Positions 40,615-49,402 of a stretch of 53,198 nucleotides of DNA are shown here, piece by piece (position 1 is the first letter of the stretch; each line of letters starts with the position of its first letter). Location: assembly GCA_038215615.1 (NCBI GenBank), contig JBBQQR010000014.1, positions 1 to 53,198 on the forward strand, read 5' to 3'. This stretch comes from Vulcanimicrobiales bacterium (GTDB taxonomy: Bacteria > Vulcanimicrobiota > Vulcanimicrobiia > Vulcanimicrobiales > Vulcanimicrobiaceae). The position numbers were made by a program, and so were the translations under genes. The notes beneath the pieces were generated by a model that was not told where the DNA came from, searched no databases, and was given only the letters and a program-made list of their open reading frames with translations.

Positions 40615-41789
40615 CCGCGCTCTCGAAGGTTCGGGCAGCCGAAATCGCCGGCGCGATTTCCGATGCAGCCGAGCGTTGGCGCGATGCGGATTTTCCCGTG
40701 CGCGTGCGCGCCACCGGGCGCATCACCGAACGCACCGGATATTCGATTCCGGTCGTCGAGTACGCGCTGGACCGGCTCTTCTTCGCGATCGATCGCGCAT
40801 CACTCGAAGCGGTCATCGCGGGCGAACTCGGAGACGTTGAGATGCTCGACGGTTTTTGTTCCCGCGCAGGCCGGACCGCCGCTTGGGCGCGCCCGATCGG
40901 AAACGTATGCGTTATCTCTAGTCGCACGACGATCGGCGTCGCGCTGCCCGCCGTCCTGTTCGCGCTTTGCGCCAAGTGCGACGTGCTGGTCAAAGATCGG
41001 GAAGATTCACTGATCGCTTCTTTTTTAGAAACGTTACGGGAAGAACTTCCCAAATTCGAGGGTGCAGCACGCGCCGAAACGTGGAGTTCACAGGACGAGA
41101 ATGCGCCCGCTCTGCGTTCATTCGACACCGTCGTCGCGTTCGGGCAATCCGAAACGCTGACCGCAATTCGCAACGCACTCTCTCCAGAGGCACGTTTCAT
41201 CGGCTTCGGTTCGCGCGCGAGCGCGGGATACGTTTCCCGCGAGTCGCTCTGTGGGGTTGATGCGGCTGCGGAGGTTGCACGCGGCGCCGCGCGCGACATC
41301 GTGCTCTATGAAACCGAGGGCTGCCTGTCGCTGCACGTGCTCTTCGTCGAAGACGGCGCAGCGGTGAGCGCCGCCGCATTCTCGCGAACGCTCCAAGACG
41401 AAATCGCGCGCGCGAATGTCGAATTCCCGCGCGGCGAGCCGGCGCTGGGCCGTTTGGCGCAAGCCGCGCAGGCGCGCGCGCTCGGCGCGTTTCAAAGGGC
41501 TTCGGGTGAAAGCGCGCTCTTCGAACCGCCGCCATTCTTGCCGCGGCTGGCGCACGCAATTCCGGTCGGCGGCCCAGGAGACGCGCTGGAGTATCTGCGC
41601 CGTCACGGCGTTGCCCTCGAAGGGTTTGCGATAACGGACAACCGCCCCGATGTGATCGGCATGGCGGTCTCGGCAGGCGCCGTCCGGATAACCCGTTTCG
41701 GAGAGTTGCAAAACCCGCCGCTTGCCGGCGAACACGGCGGGCGCCCGCGAATTGCTGAGTTCGTCCGCTGGACCGACAAGACGTTCTAA
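40611..41789 (+). CDS. LuxC-like acyl-thioester reductase
   Basis: ALDH-like: RPIG.V, LVK, VVAFG, ARDIVLYETEGCLS catalytic Cys; GTGA overlap with the luxE-like gene. Confidence 0.8.
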   Translation: MTALSKVRAAEIAGAISDAAERWRDADFPVRVRATGRITERTGYSIPVVEYALDRLFFAIDRASLEAVIAGELGDVEMLDGFCSRAGRTAAWARPIGNVCVISSRTTIGVALPAVLFALCAKCDVLVKDREDSLIASFLETLREELPKFEGAARAETWSSQDENAPALRSFDTVVAFGQSETLTAIRNALSPEARFIGFGSRASAGYVSRESLCGVDAAAEVARGAARDIVLYETEGCLSLHVLFVEDGAAVSAAAFSRTLQDEIARANVEFPRGEPALGRLAQAAQARALGAFQRASGESALFEPPPFLPRLAHAIPVGGPGDALEYLRRHGVALEGFAITDNRPDVIGMAVSAGAVRITRFGELQNPPLAGEHGGRPRIAEFVRWTDKTF

Positions 41790-43039
41790 TGCCGCAGTCA
41801 CGCAACCGTTCCAACGATTTAGCGCACCTGCTGCGCAAATACGAATCGCGCAACGTCACGTACGTTGAGGGCCAGTTTCCGATCTTTTGGGAATCGGCAC
41901 ACGACACGACCGTCATCGACGCCGACGGCAACGAGTACTTGGATCTCACGGCCGCGTTCGGCGTGGCGAACTGTGGGCACGCAAATCCGAGCGTAACGGC
42001 AGCGCTGCAGCAGCAAGCCGCGCGGCTCTCGCACGCCATGGGCGACGTCTATCCCGCCGCGATAAAGACGAATCTTCTCGAAAAACTAGCGGCAATCGCG
42101 CCCGGAGATCTGACGAAATCGTTTCTCGGATCCAGCGGCTCGGATGCAATCGAAGCCGCCATGAAAACCGCCGCGCTGGCAACGGGCAAGCCGGCGTTCG
42201 CTGCATTTCGCGGCTCGTATCACGGACTGAGCATCGGAACGCTCGAAGTTGCGGGTATCAAGAAGTTTCGCGAGCCGTTCTTGGCGTGGCTTCCGGAACG
42301 AACGCTGCTGCTCGATTATCCGGGCAGCAACGCGGATCAAGCGCTTGAATATGCGCGGCGGGCGTTCTCGCGCCGGTACGATCTCGCGGCTGCGATCGTC
42401 GAGCCCATCCAGGGCCGCGGCGGTTGCATCTTGCCGCCGGCCGGCTATTTGGCCGAACTGCGCGAGATTTGCCGCGAGCGCGGAATGCTGCTCATCGTCG
42501 ACGAGATTTACACGGGGTTCGGCCGGACCGGAAGCATGTTCGCCTGCGAGCAAGAGTCTGTCGTGCCGGACATTCTTTGTTTGGGGAAAGCGCTGGGCAA
42601 CGGTTTTCCGATTTCGGCGGCGCTCGCATCGCCGGGCGTTATGGATGCGTGGCCGGCCTCCGAGGGCGAAGCGTTACACACGTCCACACATTTGGGGAAT
42701 CCGATGGGGTGCGCGGCCGCACTCGCGAGCATCGCGCAGCTCGAAGGTCGCGAGCTCCCAAAACGCGCAGCAATGCTCGGCAGTCTGCTCGAATCGAAAC
42801 TGAAACCGCTGCAGTCGTCGGGAAAAGCCGCCGGCGTACGCGGACGCGGCCTGATGTGGGGGATCGAACTGCGCGATGCAGCGCAGGCCCGCACTGCGGT
42901 TGAAAAAGCTCTGACGAAAGGTGTCATCATCTTGCAATCCGGTGCCGAAGGCAACGTTCTCTCGCTCACGCCGCCGCTCACAATCTCGCAAGCCGATCTC
43001 GAGCGCGGCGTCGATGTGGTAGAGTCGTGTATCGCGTAG
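41789..43039 (+). CDS. Class III PLP aminotransferase
   Basis: DADGNEYLD, SGSDAIE, EPIQG.GG, DEIYTGFGRTG, GKALGNG. Confidence 0.93.
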   Translation: MPQSRNRSNDLAHLLRKYESRNVTYVEGQFPIFWESAHDTTVIDADGNEYLDLTAAFGVANCGHANPSVTAALQQQAARLSHAMGDVYPAAIKTNLLEKLAAIAPGDLTKSFLGSSGSDAIEAAMKTAALATGKPAFAAFRGSYHGLSIGTLEVAGIKKFREPFLAWLPERTLLLDYPGSNADQALEYARRAFSRRYDLAAAIVEPIQGRGGCILPPAGYLAELREICRERGMLLIVDEIYTGFGRTGSMFACEQESVVPDILCLGKALGNGFPISAALASPGVMDAWPASEGEALHTSTHLGNPMGCAAALASIAQLEGRELPKRAAMLGSLLESKLKPLQSSGKAAGVRGRGLMWGIELRDAAQARTAVEKALTKGVIILQSGAEGNVLSLTPPLTISQADLERGVDVVESCIA

Positions 43040-44049
43040 GAATCGTCGGCGGAGGGTTCGGCGTTCGCGCCCACCTGCCGGCGTTTGCGGCTCATTCGCA
43101 ATTCGAAGTCGTGGCGATCGCCTCGCCGCACAGTGCGAAAGCAGTAGCCCAGGAACGCAAGATTCCCCACGCATTCGAAAGTTGCGAGGCAATGCTGACC
43201 GGATGCGAGCTCGACGTCGTGTCGATTGCGAGCCCGCCGTTTACGCATCATCACGACGTGCTGGCTTCGATCGCCGCCGGAAAGCACGTGATCTGCGAAA
43301 AACCGTTCGCACTCTCCGTCGCGCAAGCGCAAGAGATGCTCGCGGCCGCGGAAAAGGTAAAAGCCGCAACCGCGGTCATGCATGAATTCCGCTGGGTTCC
43401 TCAGCGCTTCGCCCTCAAAGAGCTCATTGCAAACGGCCACCTCTCGCCGCTGCGCGAAGTCGAGATCACGCACCTCGCGCGCATGCTGAGGCTCGCAAAT
43501 ACGCGCAAGAACTCCTGGTGGTTCGACCGCAGCAAGGGCGGCGGAATCGCCGGCGCTCTTCTTTCCCATATCATCGACAGTGCGACCTGGATGGCCGGGC
43601 GCTCGCCGGTACGCAGTACGGGCTACCTGCGTACGGCAAATCTGCGGCGCGAGGGCCCGGATGGGCCGTTCGCGATCTCGGTCGACGACGGCGCGTTCGG
43701 CCTCATCGATTACGGCGAAGGCTTAGTCGCGCGCGTGACCGTCGACGGAACGACCGCGGTCGACGCGCTGACCGTCGCAGCGCACGGCGAAGACCGCAGC
43801 GCGGTGGCCAGCGGCAGCGGGCTGCATTCGATGCGTCTGTTCAGTGTAGACGAGGAAGAGACGTCGGAGCTCGAGTGCAAGCCTTCTCCGAACGCGCGCT
43901 TCGGCGCGATCGACCCGCACGTTCCGCCGATCATGGATCTGCTCGACGAGTTCGTCAAAGAGATCGAAACGGGCGAGAGCCTCGTTCCGACGTTTGCCGA
44001 GGCGGTCGAAACGCAAAAGGTACTGAAGTCGGTGGGGTTCGGGAGCTGA
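43027..44049 (+). CDS. Gfo/Idh/MocA oxidoreductase
   Basis: VGIVGGG, AGKHVICEKP, GGG.....SHIID. Confidence 0.92.
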   Translation: MYRVGIVGGGFGVRAHLPAFAAHSQFEVVAIASPHSAKAVAQERKIPHAFESCEAMLTGCELDVVSIASPPFTHHHDVLASIAAGKHVICEKPFALSVAQAQEMLAAAEKVKAATAVMHEFRWVPQRFALKELIANGHLSPLREVEITHLARMLRLANTRKNSWWFDRSKGGGIAGALLSHIIDSATWMAGRSPVRSTGYLRTANLRREGPDGPFAISVDDGAFGLIDYGEGLVARVTVDGTTAVDALTVAAHGEDRSAVASGSGLHSMRLFSVDEEETSELECKPSPNARFGAIDPHVPPIMDLLDEFVKEIETGESLVPTFAEAVETQKVLKSVGFGS

Positions 44050-44050
44050 T

Positions 44051-46138
44051 TTACGTCCCTTTATCCGCTCCCAGATACTGAATCAACTTCAAGATGACGT
44101 CGTGCCGCGTCTGTAGTGTGTTCGGGTCGCCGTAAGCGAAATAGATCTCCGCGTGCGGAATGCGCTTGTAAAGCGCAAACGAGATGTTGGTGGCATTCAC
44201 GAACCGCGCCGGACCGAAAAACGGCGGACCCGAGCCGATGATCTTGCGCATCCCAATCGCGAACGATTCCCCCGGACCGATTTGGTAGCCGAAACTGATG
44301 CGTTCCAGCCACTGCTGCAGCAGCGCGCCGTTGTCGAGCATATCGCGCGTATTGTATGCCTGCAGCGTCAGCGTGCCACGCGGGCCTACCTTCAAAGCGG
44401 TCGAGCGGTTTATCGTATGGAGATAGCCGGCGGCGAATCGCCCCAAGTAGTATGAAAAGACCGTCGGCGTCGACGTGTTCCCGCCGTAAGAGATGTAGAT
44501 GCCGCCTTGATTTGCATAGCCGGCCGGGCCGCCGAGATTCAGCCAATTCGAGCCCGCATCCCACTCGATGTAAAACTTGTTGCGCGTCGAGATTGAAATA
44601 GCGGTCGAATCGTTCGTATAGTTCAGCACGCCCGCATGCGAATGAAAGCGGTTGAAATCCTGTGAGATGACTAAGCTCTGTACGAAACTCTTCGGGCCAT
44701 AGTCGAATTCGCGATACGCGGATACGGTCGGCCCGGCCACGTCGTTAAACTGCGTGAAGCTGTCAAAGGGACCGTATTCCGAACCGACGTCGTGATAGGC
44801 GGCGAAGAATCCCGATTTCGGCGTGTAGAGGTTTAGGCCGTACTCAGCATACCGGCCGTTGCCGGGATGGGGAACGAAGGTTCCATTTTCCTGGCCTTGC
44901 GTGGCATACACGCTAAAATTGTGCGCGTTCCCGATCTGCACTTGCCCGAACGAGGCGACGTCGTGGATGCCCGGCATGTCGACCGCTTCACGCTGGAAAA
45001 GAACGGCGGCCCGGCGGCTGGGCAGCCGCCAACTGGTCGACTGCGCCGTATCGGTCCTTTGCACGCCCAGCGCGGAGAACGCTCCGAAGTTAAAGGTTCC
45101 CTGCGTCCCTTCCACAGCGTAACCCGTGGTTGGCGTCGGAATGGACGGCGTGTACAGCAGCGGAAATCCGACACAGTCGTTGCAGTTGAAGTTATTATAG
45201 AAGCCCGCGCCTTGCGTAAAGAACGGCCGCACTTCTTGGAAGCGGCGCGGAAATGCGGTTGGCGAGATCGACTGCTGATCGAGCTCGACGTTGGAATAGT
45301 CCGGATGAAACGTAGCCACGAACGAAGCGGTCTGCGTGATTGGAATGGCCAGGTCGGCGCCGACGCGCGAGGTCGAACCGCCCGCTGCCGAGCTGGCAAA
45401 TTGCCCGAGTTCATACACGTTGAGACGGGGCTTCGCGCGAACGCTGTTGGCCGAAACGGTCATTCCTTGAAGATAGCCGGCGTATAGCGATGAATCGCTA
45501 CCGCCCTGTGCTTCCGCGTGCGCCCATTCGAAGGTCTGATTGCTGTTGCGCACACGCCGGTCGAATTGGACGCGCCACGTTTTGCGGCCGTCTCCGCGCA
45601 TGATGCCCAGCGGAATGCGCTCGGTGGCAATCCAGCCGTCGGACGTTGTGTGCGCCACGACATCCCACACCGGCGAGAATGCGGCGTTTTCCGAGGAGAA
45701 CTGAAAGCGCGCGCCGATCGGGTTGGTCACGAATCCATACTCAAAACCTTGATCGCCTGCGGGCCAGAGATAAATCCGTACGACGTCGTCGGCACCCAGG
45801 GGCTGATCGTTGCTATGCTGCGTAGCGACGATCGGTTCGCTCTGCTTGGCGACGAAAGCGACGTACAGGTATTTCTGATCCATTGTCAGGTACGCGTCGG
45901 TCGGCTCCGTTGCCGGTCTGCGAAACGAAAAATCCCACTGCAGCTGAACGTGCGCGGCACTCTTCCAAACCGGATCGTCCAGCGTGCCGTCGATTTTGGG
46001 CGCCCCCGATACGGTGACGCTGGGGATCGTGAAGGTCGCCGCCGTCGTACCCTGGGCGTGCGCGGGCAGATAACTGAATGCGAAGATACTTATAACTATA
46101 GGTATGACCCGCTTGAGAAGTTTGGCCGGGCTTTTCAT
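44051..46138 (-). CDS. Secreted CBM9-like/DUF5916-type outer-membrane protein
   Basis: Signal peptide, PKIDGTLDDPVW, TFHPDYSNVELD, FQEVRPFF, then amphipathic beta strands. Confidence 0.75.
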   Translation of the reverse strand: MKSPAKLLKRVIPIVISIFAFSYLPAHAQGTTAATFTIPSVTVSGAPKIDGTLDDPVWKSAAHVQLQWDFSFRRPATEPTDAYLTMDQKYLYVAFVAKQSEPIVATQHSNDQPLGADDVVRIYLWPAGDQGFEYGFVTNPIGARFQFSSENAAFSPVWDVVAHTTSDGWIATERIPLGIMRGDGRKTWRVQFDRRVRNSNQTFEWAHAEAQGGSDSSLYAGYLQGMTVSANSVRAKPRLNVYELGQFASSAAGGSTSRVGADLAIPITQTASFVATFHPDYSNVELDQQSISPTAFPRRFQEVRPFFTQGAGFYNNFNCNDCVGFPLLYTPSIPTPTTGYAVEGTQGTFNFGAFSALGVQRTDTAQSTSWRLPSRRAAVLFQREAVDMPGIHDVASFGQVQIGNAHNFSVYATQGQENGTFVPHPGNGRYAEYGLNLYTPKSGFFAAYHDVGSEYGPFDSFTQFNDVAGPTVSAYREFDYGPKSFVQSLVISQDFNRFHSHAGVLNYTNDSTAISISTRNKFYIEWDAGSNWLNLGGPAGYANQGGIYISYGGNTSTPTVFSYYLGRFAAGYLHTINRSTALKVGPRGTLTLQAYNTRDMLDNGALLQQWLERISFGYQIGPGESFAIGMRKIIGSGPPFFGPARFVNATNISFALYKRIPHAEIYFAYGDPNTLQTRHDVILKLIQYLGADKGT

Positions 46139-46143
46139 AACTG

Positions 46144-46998
46144 TTAGAACCCGCTATCTCGCAGCCGGATTAAGTCGTCGATGGTGAGCTTGGTATACCC
46201 GTGGCTGCGCAGGCGTTCGATGAAACTTGCGCTGACACCGTGGTCGCGCAGACGAATCAAATCGTCGGCCGTCACCCGGTAGCCCAAGGTCGCGAATGTT
46301 TGCATGTAGGCAGTACCGACGCCGTGGTCGCGCAGTTTCACAAGTTCGTCCACCGTGGTCCCCGGAAACGCTTTCATGACGGCGGCTGCAAACGATCCGC
46401 CGACGCCATGATCGCGCAACCGTATCAAGGCCTGCGCCGAGTTCGGATGCAGCCCCAAGCCGCGCAGCTCCTGGATGTAACGATCCGAGACGCCGTGGTC
46501 TGCCATCGCGACGAGATCGCCTGCCGAGGGCCGTTGGAAACCCGAAGCGAGCAATTGATCGAGCGTACTGAATTGGAAGCCGGACATGGCCAACTCGAAC
46601 TGCTGCTGCCACGTTGCGACCCCGATTGCGCGGCGGTGAAGCTGATCGTTGAACGTCGAACTTGGCGCAAACGTCCATACGCCCGCCCCGTGTCCGCGGC
46701 TAAGCGAACCCTCGGCCTGAAAGGTTCCCGCATCGCGCACGACACTGAAACTCTTGTGCACGCCGTTCGAATCGAGATCGGCGCTCGTCACGCCGCGCAG
46801 CTCGGACCAGGTGACAGAACGCGATTCATCCCACTCCTGGTTCCCGCCGGCGGTCGTTTTTTCGTAACGTAAACCAAGCTGCACCGAGCCGGGCTCCGTT
46901 GAGTGTTCGAGCGTCCACGTACCGCTGTAGTCTTCGGCCAGCGCCGGACAAAGCGATCCGAGCAACAGCGCGCAGAGTGCAAAGAGGCTCAATTTCAT
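46144..46998 (-). CDS. Secreted protein with ~35-aa L..LRDHGV repeats
   Basis: Signal peptide ending ALA; five or six repeats (MADHGV, LRDHGV x3, LRDSGF). Confidence 0.8.
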   Translation of the reverse strand: MKLSLFALCALLLGSLCPALAEDYSGTWTLEHSTEPGSVQLGLRYEKTTAGGNQEWDESRSVTWSELRGVTSADLDSNGVHKSFSVVRDAGTFQAEGSLSRGHGAGVWTFAPSSTFNDQLHRRAIGVATWQQQFELAMSGFQFSTLDQLLASGFQRPSAGDLVAMADHGVSDRYIQELRGLGLHPNSAQALIRLRDHGVGGSFAAAVMKAFPGTTVDELVKLRDHGVGTAYMQTFATLGYRVTADDLIRLRDHGVSASFIERLRSHGYTKLTIDDLIRLRDSGF

Positions 46999-48947
46999 GG
47001 CGTGAACCCCGAATCGTGTAAGCGAATGATGTCATCGAGCGACGGCCGCCCATTGGAACGCAGGCGCTGCATGCTGTCGATGTACAATATGCTGACGCCG
47101 TGATCGGCCAGCTTTACGAGTGAGTCCGCATTGACGGCATAGCCGCGCGCCCGCAGCCCGGTGATGAGCATCGTCGATACGCCGTGGTCGCGGAGACGAA
47201 TGACGTCGTCCGCGGACAGCGCCGATACGCCCGCGGCGCGAAGCTCCGCAAGGTACGACCCGTTGACGCCACGATCGGCTAAGCGGATCAAGTCAGCCAC
47301 GCTCGGATGTCCGAAAAATGCCGTCGCTCCGTAAATCAGTAAGCCCGAAACACCATGGTCGCGTAATTCGATCAGGTCGTCCACGGAAAGGTTCGTGTAG
47401 CCATGTTGCGCCAGCGCATCGAGCAAATCACCGCCGCTGCGAGCAAATGGCGTCACCGGCGCGAGGGCGCTCACCGCGGTCTCTGCGCGCTCCTGTGTGC
47501 TCCACGCGTGCGGATGAACTGAATAAGCATAAGCGAAAGCCGAAGCCGCACGGGCCATCGGCGCGATCCTCGGCAGAGCGGCAATGCGCGGCATGAGCGC
47601 TGGGCCCGGGACCCGCGCGAAAACGCGCGGCCAGGCAGCCGGCGCCGGCATCGGAACGCTGACAGTGACGTCGTTGACGATGACGCCGTTTACCGAGCGA
47701 ACCGTGCGCATGACTTCGACCAGCTTTGCGGCCTTTTTCGCCTTCTTGCACTTCGGCTTCGCGCATTTTTTAGCCGCGAGACTCGGTTTGGGAAGAGCCG
47801 CCGGAGCTTGCGGCTTCACGAGCACTACGGGATCCGGCGGAACAGGTTTAGCCGGAATCGCAGGCTTGACCGCAGGTACGACTGCGACGCGCTCGGCAAA
47901 GACGGGCACCTGCAGACGCAGCACCAGTACCGCAGCGAGCGCCAGCGTACCTATTGCCGTCGCTGCAAACTTCAGGTTGGGACGAAGCGAGTGACTGACG
48001 GCAGCGTCGAGCAAGACTTCGATGCGCGCAAGAAGCTGCTTGCGCTTGAAAAGGAAACACGGAACCGGAACCGGGCTGGCATCGATCCAGCCGGCCATGG
48101 CCGAAAGCGTGCGCGCGTATGCGTAGCGGTTCCCGGCGCCCGCGATTGCGGCGTCGTCGCAGATCTGCTCGCGGCAAATGGCGAGCTCCCGCAGCGCGAG
48201 CCAAACACCCGGCAGAAAGAACCCGACCGCGCCGGCGAGTCTGTGAAGAACGTTTTGGACGTCGTCGAAGCGCATCACGTGTTCGTGCTCGTGCAAAACG
48301 ACGCTCAGCAGTTCTTTCTCGCTTCCGGCGCGCAGCAATGTCTGCGGAATCACTATCAGCGCAGGTTGAAATCCGAGCACGCACGGCGTCCCAAAGCCTT
48401 GCGATGAGGCGAACGCGTACGGCCGGCGCACGGAGTCGTATAAGTCGAAGGGCGGATCGATGAACCGAACCGATCGCCGCGCGGCGATCATCCCGAAAAC
48501 CTCGCGACCCAGAATTCCGAAGCGCACGAAAGCAAACGCGAGCAGCAGGAAGAGCGCATACTTGGCGTAGGCTGCGAGTTTTGCAGCTTCCCCAACGGCG
48601 AGTTGGTAATAATCTGGACGCGTTTGCATTGCCGGCGCGTGGCGTTGCGCAGCCGGAAATGTGGAGAACGAAGCTGTGACTGACGGCGCCCGGTTCTCGG
48701 GGAACGATAACCTCGCGACCTGCGCACCTTGACGGACTTTTACGACCTGCGTAACAGGTTTGACGGAAAACGCGTAATTCGCCGCCGGCAAGAGCAGCGC
48801 GATCAAGAGCAGCGAGGACCAAATCGCATACCGAGTCGCCGCATTGAGGCGCCGGAAAATGTGCAGCAGACCGAACGCGGCCGCGCTGAGCGCCGCTCCC
48901 TGCCACGCGCCGTTGAAAAGCGCCATGAAGAGTTCGGGCGCGTTCAT
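46995..48947 (-). CDS. M56 (BlaR1-like) membrane metallopeptidase sensor with C-terminal LRDHGV repeats
   Basis: NAATRYAIW, P..LG..P, HEHEH (HExxH), REQICDD; Pro/Lys linker; five repeats. Confidence 0.9.
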   Translation of the reverse strand: MNAPELFMALFNGAWQGAALSAAAFGLLHIFRRLNAATRYAIWSSLLLIALLLPAANYAFSVKPVTQVVKVRQGAQVARLSFPENRAPSVTASFSTFPAAQRHAPAMQTRPDYYQLAVGEAAKLAAYAKYALFLLLAFAFVRFGILGREVFGMIAARRSVRFIDPPFDLYDSVRRPYAFASSQGFGTPCVLGFQPALIVIPQTLLRAGSEKELLSVVLHEHEHVMRFDDVQNVLHRLAGAVGFFLPGVWLALRELAICREQICDDAAIAGAGNRYAYARTLSAMAGWIDASPVPVPCFLFKRKQLLARIEVLLDAAVSHSLRPNLKFAATAIGTLALAAVLVLRLQVPVFAERVAVVPAVKPAIPAKPVPPDPVVLVKPQAPAALPKPSLAAKKCAKPKCKKAKKAAKLVEVMRTVRSVNGVIVNDVTVSVPMPAPAAWPRVFARVPGPALMPRIAALPRIAPMARAASAFAYAYSVHPHAWSTQERAETAVSALAPVTPFARSGGDLLDALAQHGYTNLSVDDLIELRDHGVSGLLIYGATAFFGHPSVADLIRLADRGVNGSYLAELRAAGVSALSADDVIRLRDHGVSTMLITGLRARGYAVNADSLVKLADHGVSILYIDSMQRLRSNGRPSLDDIIRLHDSGFTP

Positions 48948-49330
48948 TCGGTTTGCTCCGCTTGGGACAGCATCCGCCGCAGTTCGTCGAGGTCACGGTC
49001 GCTGAGCGGTTCGTTCTGAATCAGGTTCATCGCCAGCGCGCCGGCGGACCCGTCGAAAAACCGGCGCACGACGGTCTGCATCGCGGAGCGCGACGCCTGC
49101 GAGCGATCGATTTTCGGATAGTAGCGAAACGCGCGTCCCTCTTCTACATGCCGCACGTAGCCTTTTTGCTCGAGGATGCGCAAAGTGGTCTGCACGGTGT
49201 TAAATGCGGGCGCCTTGGGCGTCCTTATTGCGCCCAGTACCTCGGCGACAGTTCCGTTCCCGGCCGACCACAGCACTTCCATTAAACGCTGCTCGACCTC
49301 GGTTAAATTCGCGGCTTTTTGACGTGGCAC
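48944..49330 (-). CDS. BlaI/MecI/CopY family repressor
   Basis: LTEVE..LMEVLW, TVQT.LRILEQKG, FFDGS; ATGA overlap with the M56 gene. Confidence 0.95.
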   Translation of the reverse strand: MPRQKAANLTEVEQRLMEVLWSAGNGTVAEVLGAIRTPKAPAFNTVQTTLRILEQKGYVRHVEEGRAFRYYPKIDRSQASRSAMQTVVRRFFDGSAGALAMNLIQNEPLSDRDLDELRRMLSQAEQTE

Positions 49331-49344
49331 GTCGGCCCTCGCAG

Positions 49345-49366
49345 TTCACCTAAGGATTTAGGTGAA
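49345..49366. promoter_or_regulatory. Palindromic operator, probably bound by BlaI
   Basis: Perfect TTCACCTAA-GGAT-TTAGGTGAA 14 nt upstream of the repressor start, abutting the -10 box. Confidence 0.75.
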
Positions 49367-49395
49367 TGCTACCACAAGAAATCCCCCGCCGTCTA
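49366..49395 (-). promoter_or_regulatory. Promoter of the blaI-like operon
   Basis: TAGACG-N18-TAGCAT with TG extension. Confidence 0.55.
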
Positions 49396-49402
49396 GGGGG
49401 GC

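Noticed and set aside
39478..41789. Bioluminescence operon
   Set aside because: No luxA, luxB or luxD in the window; luxCE homologs occur in non-luminous bacteria
46150..47400. Recurring CCGTGGTCGCG-like DNA motifs as a CRISPR-like array
   Set aside because: They are the codons of the RDHG protein repeat, degenerate at third positions and within ORFs
46995..49330. Beta-lactam resistance locus
   Set aside because: No beta-lactamase or PBP gene, and no penicillin-binding sensor domain
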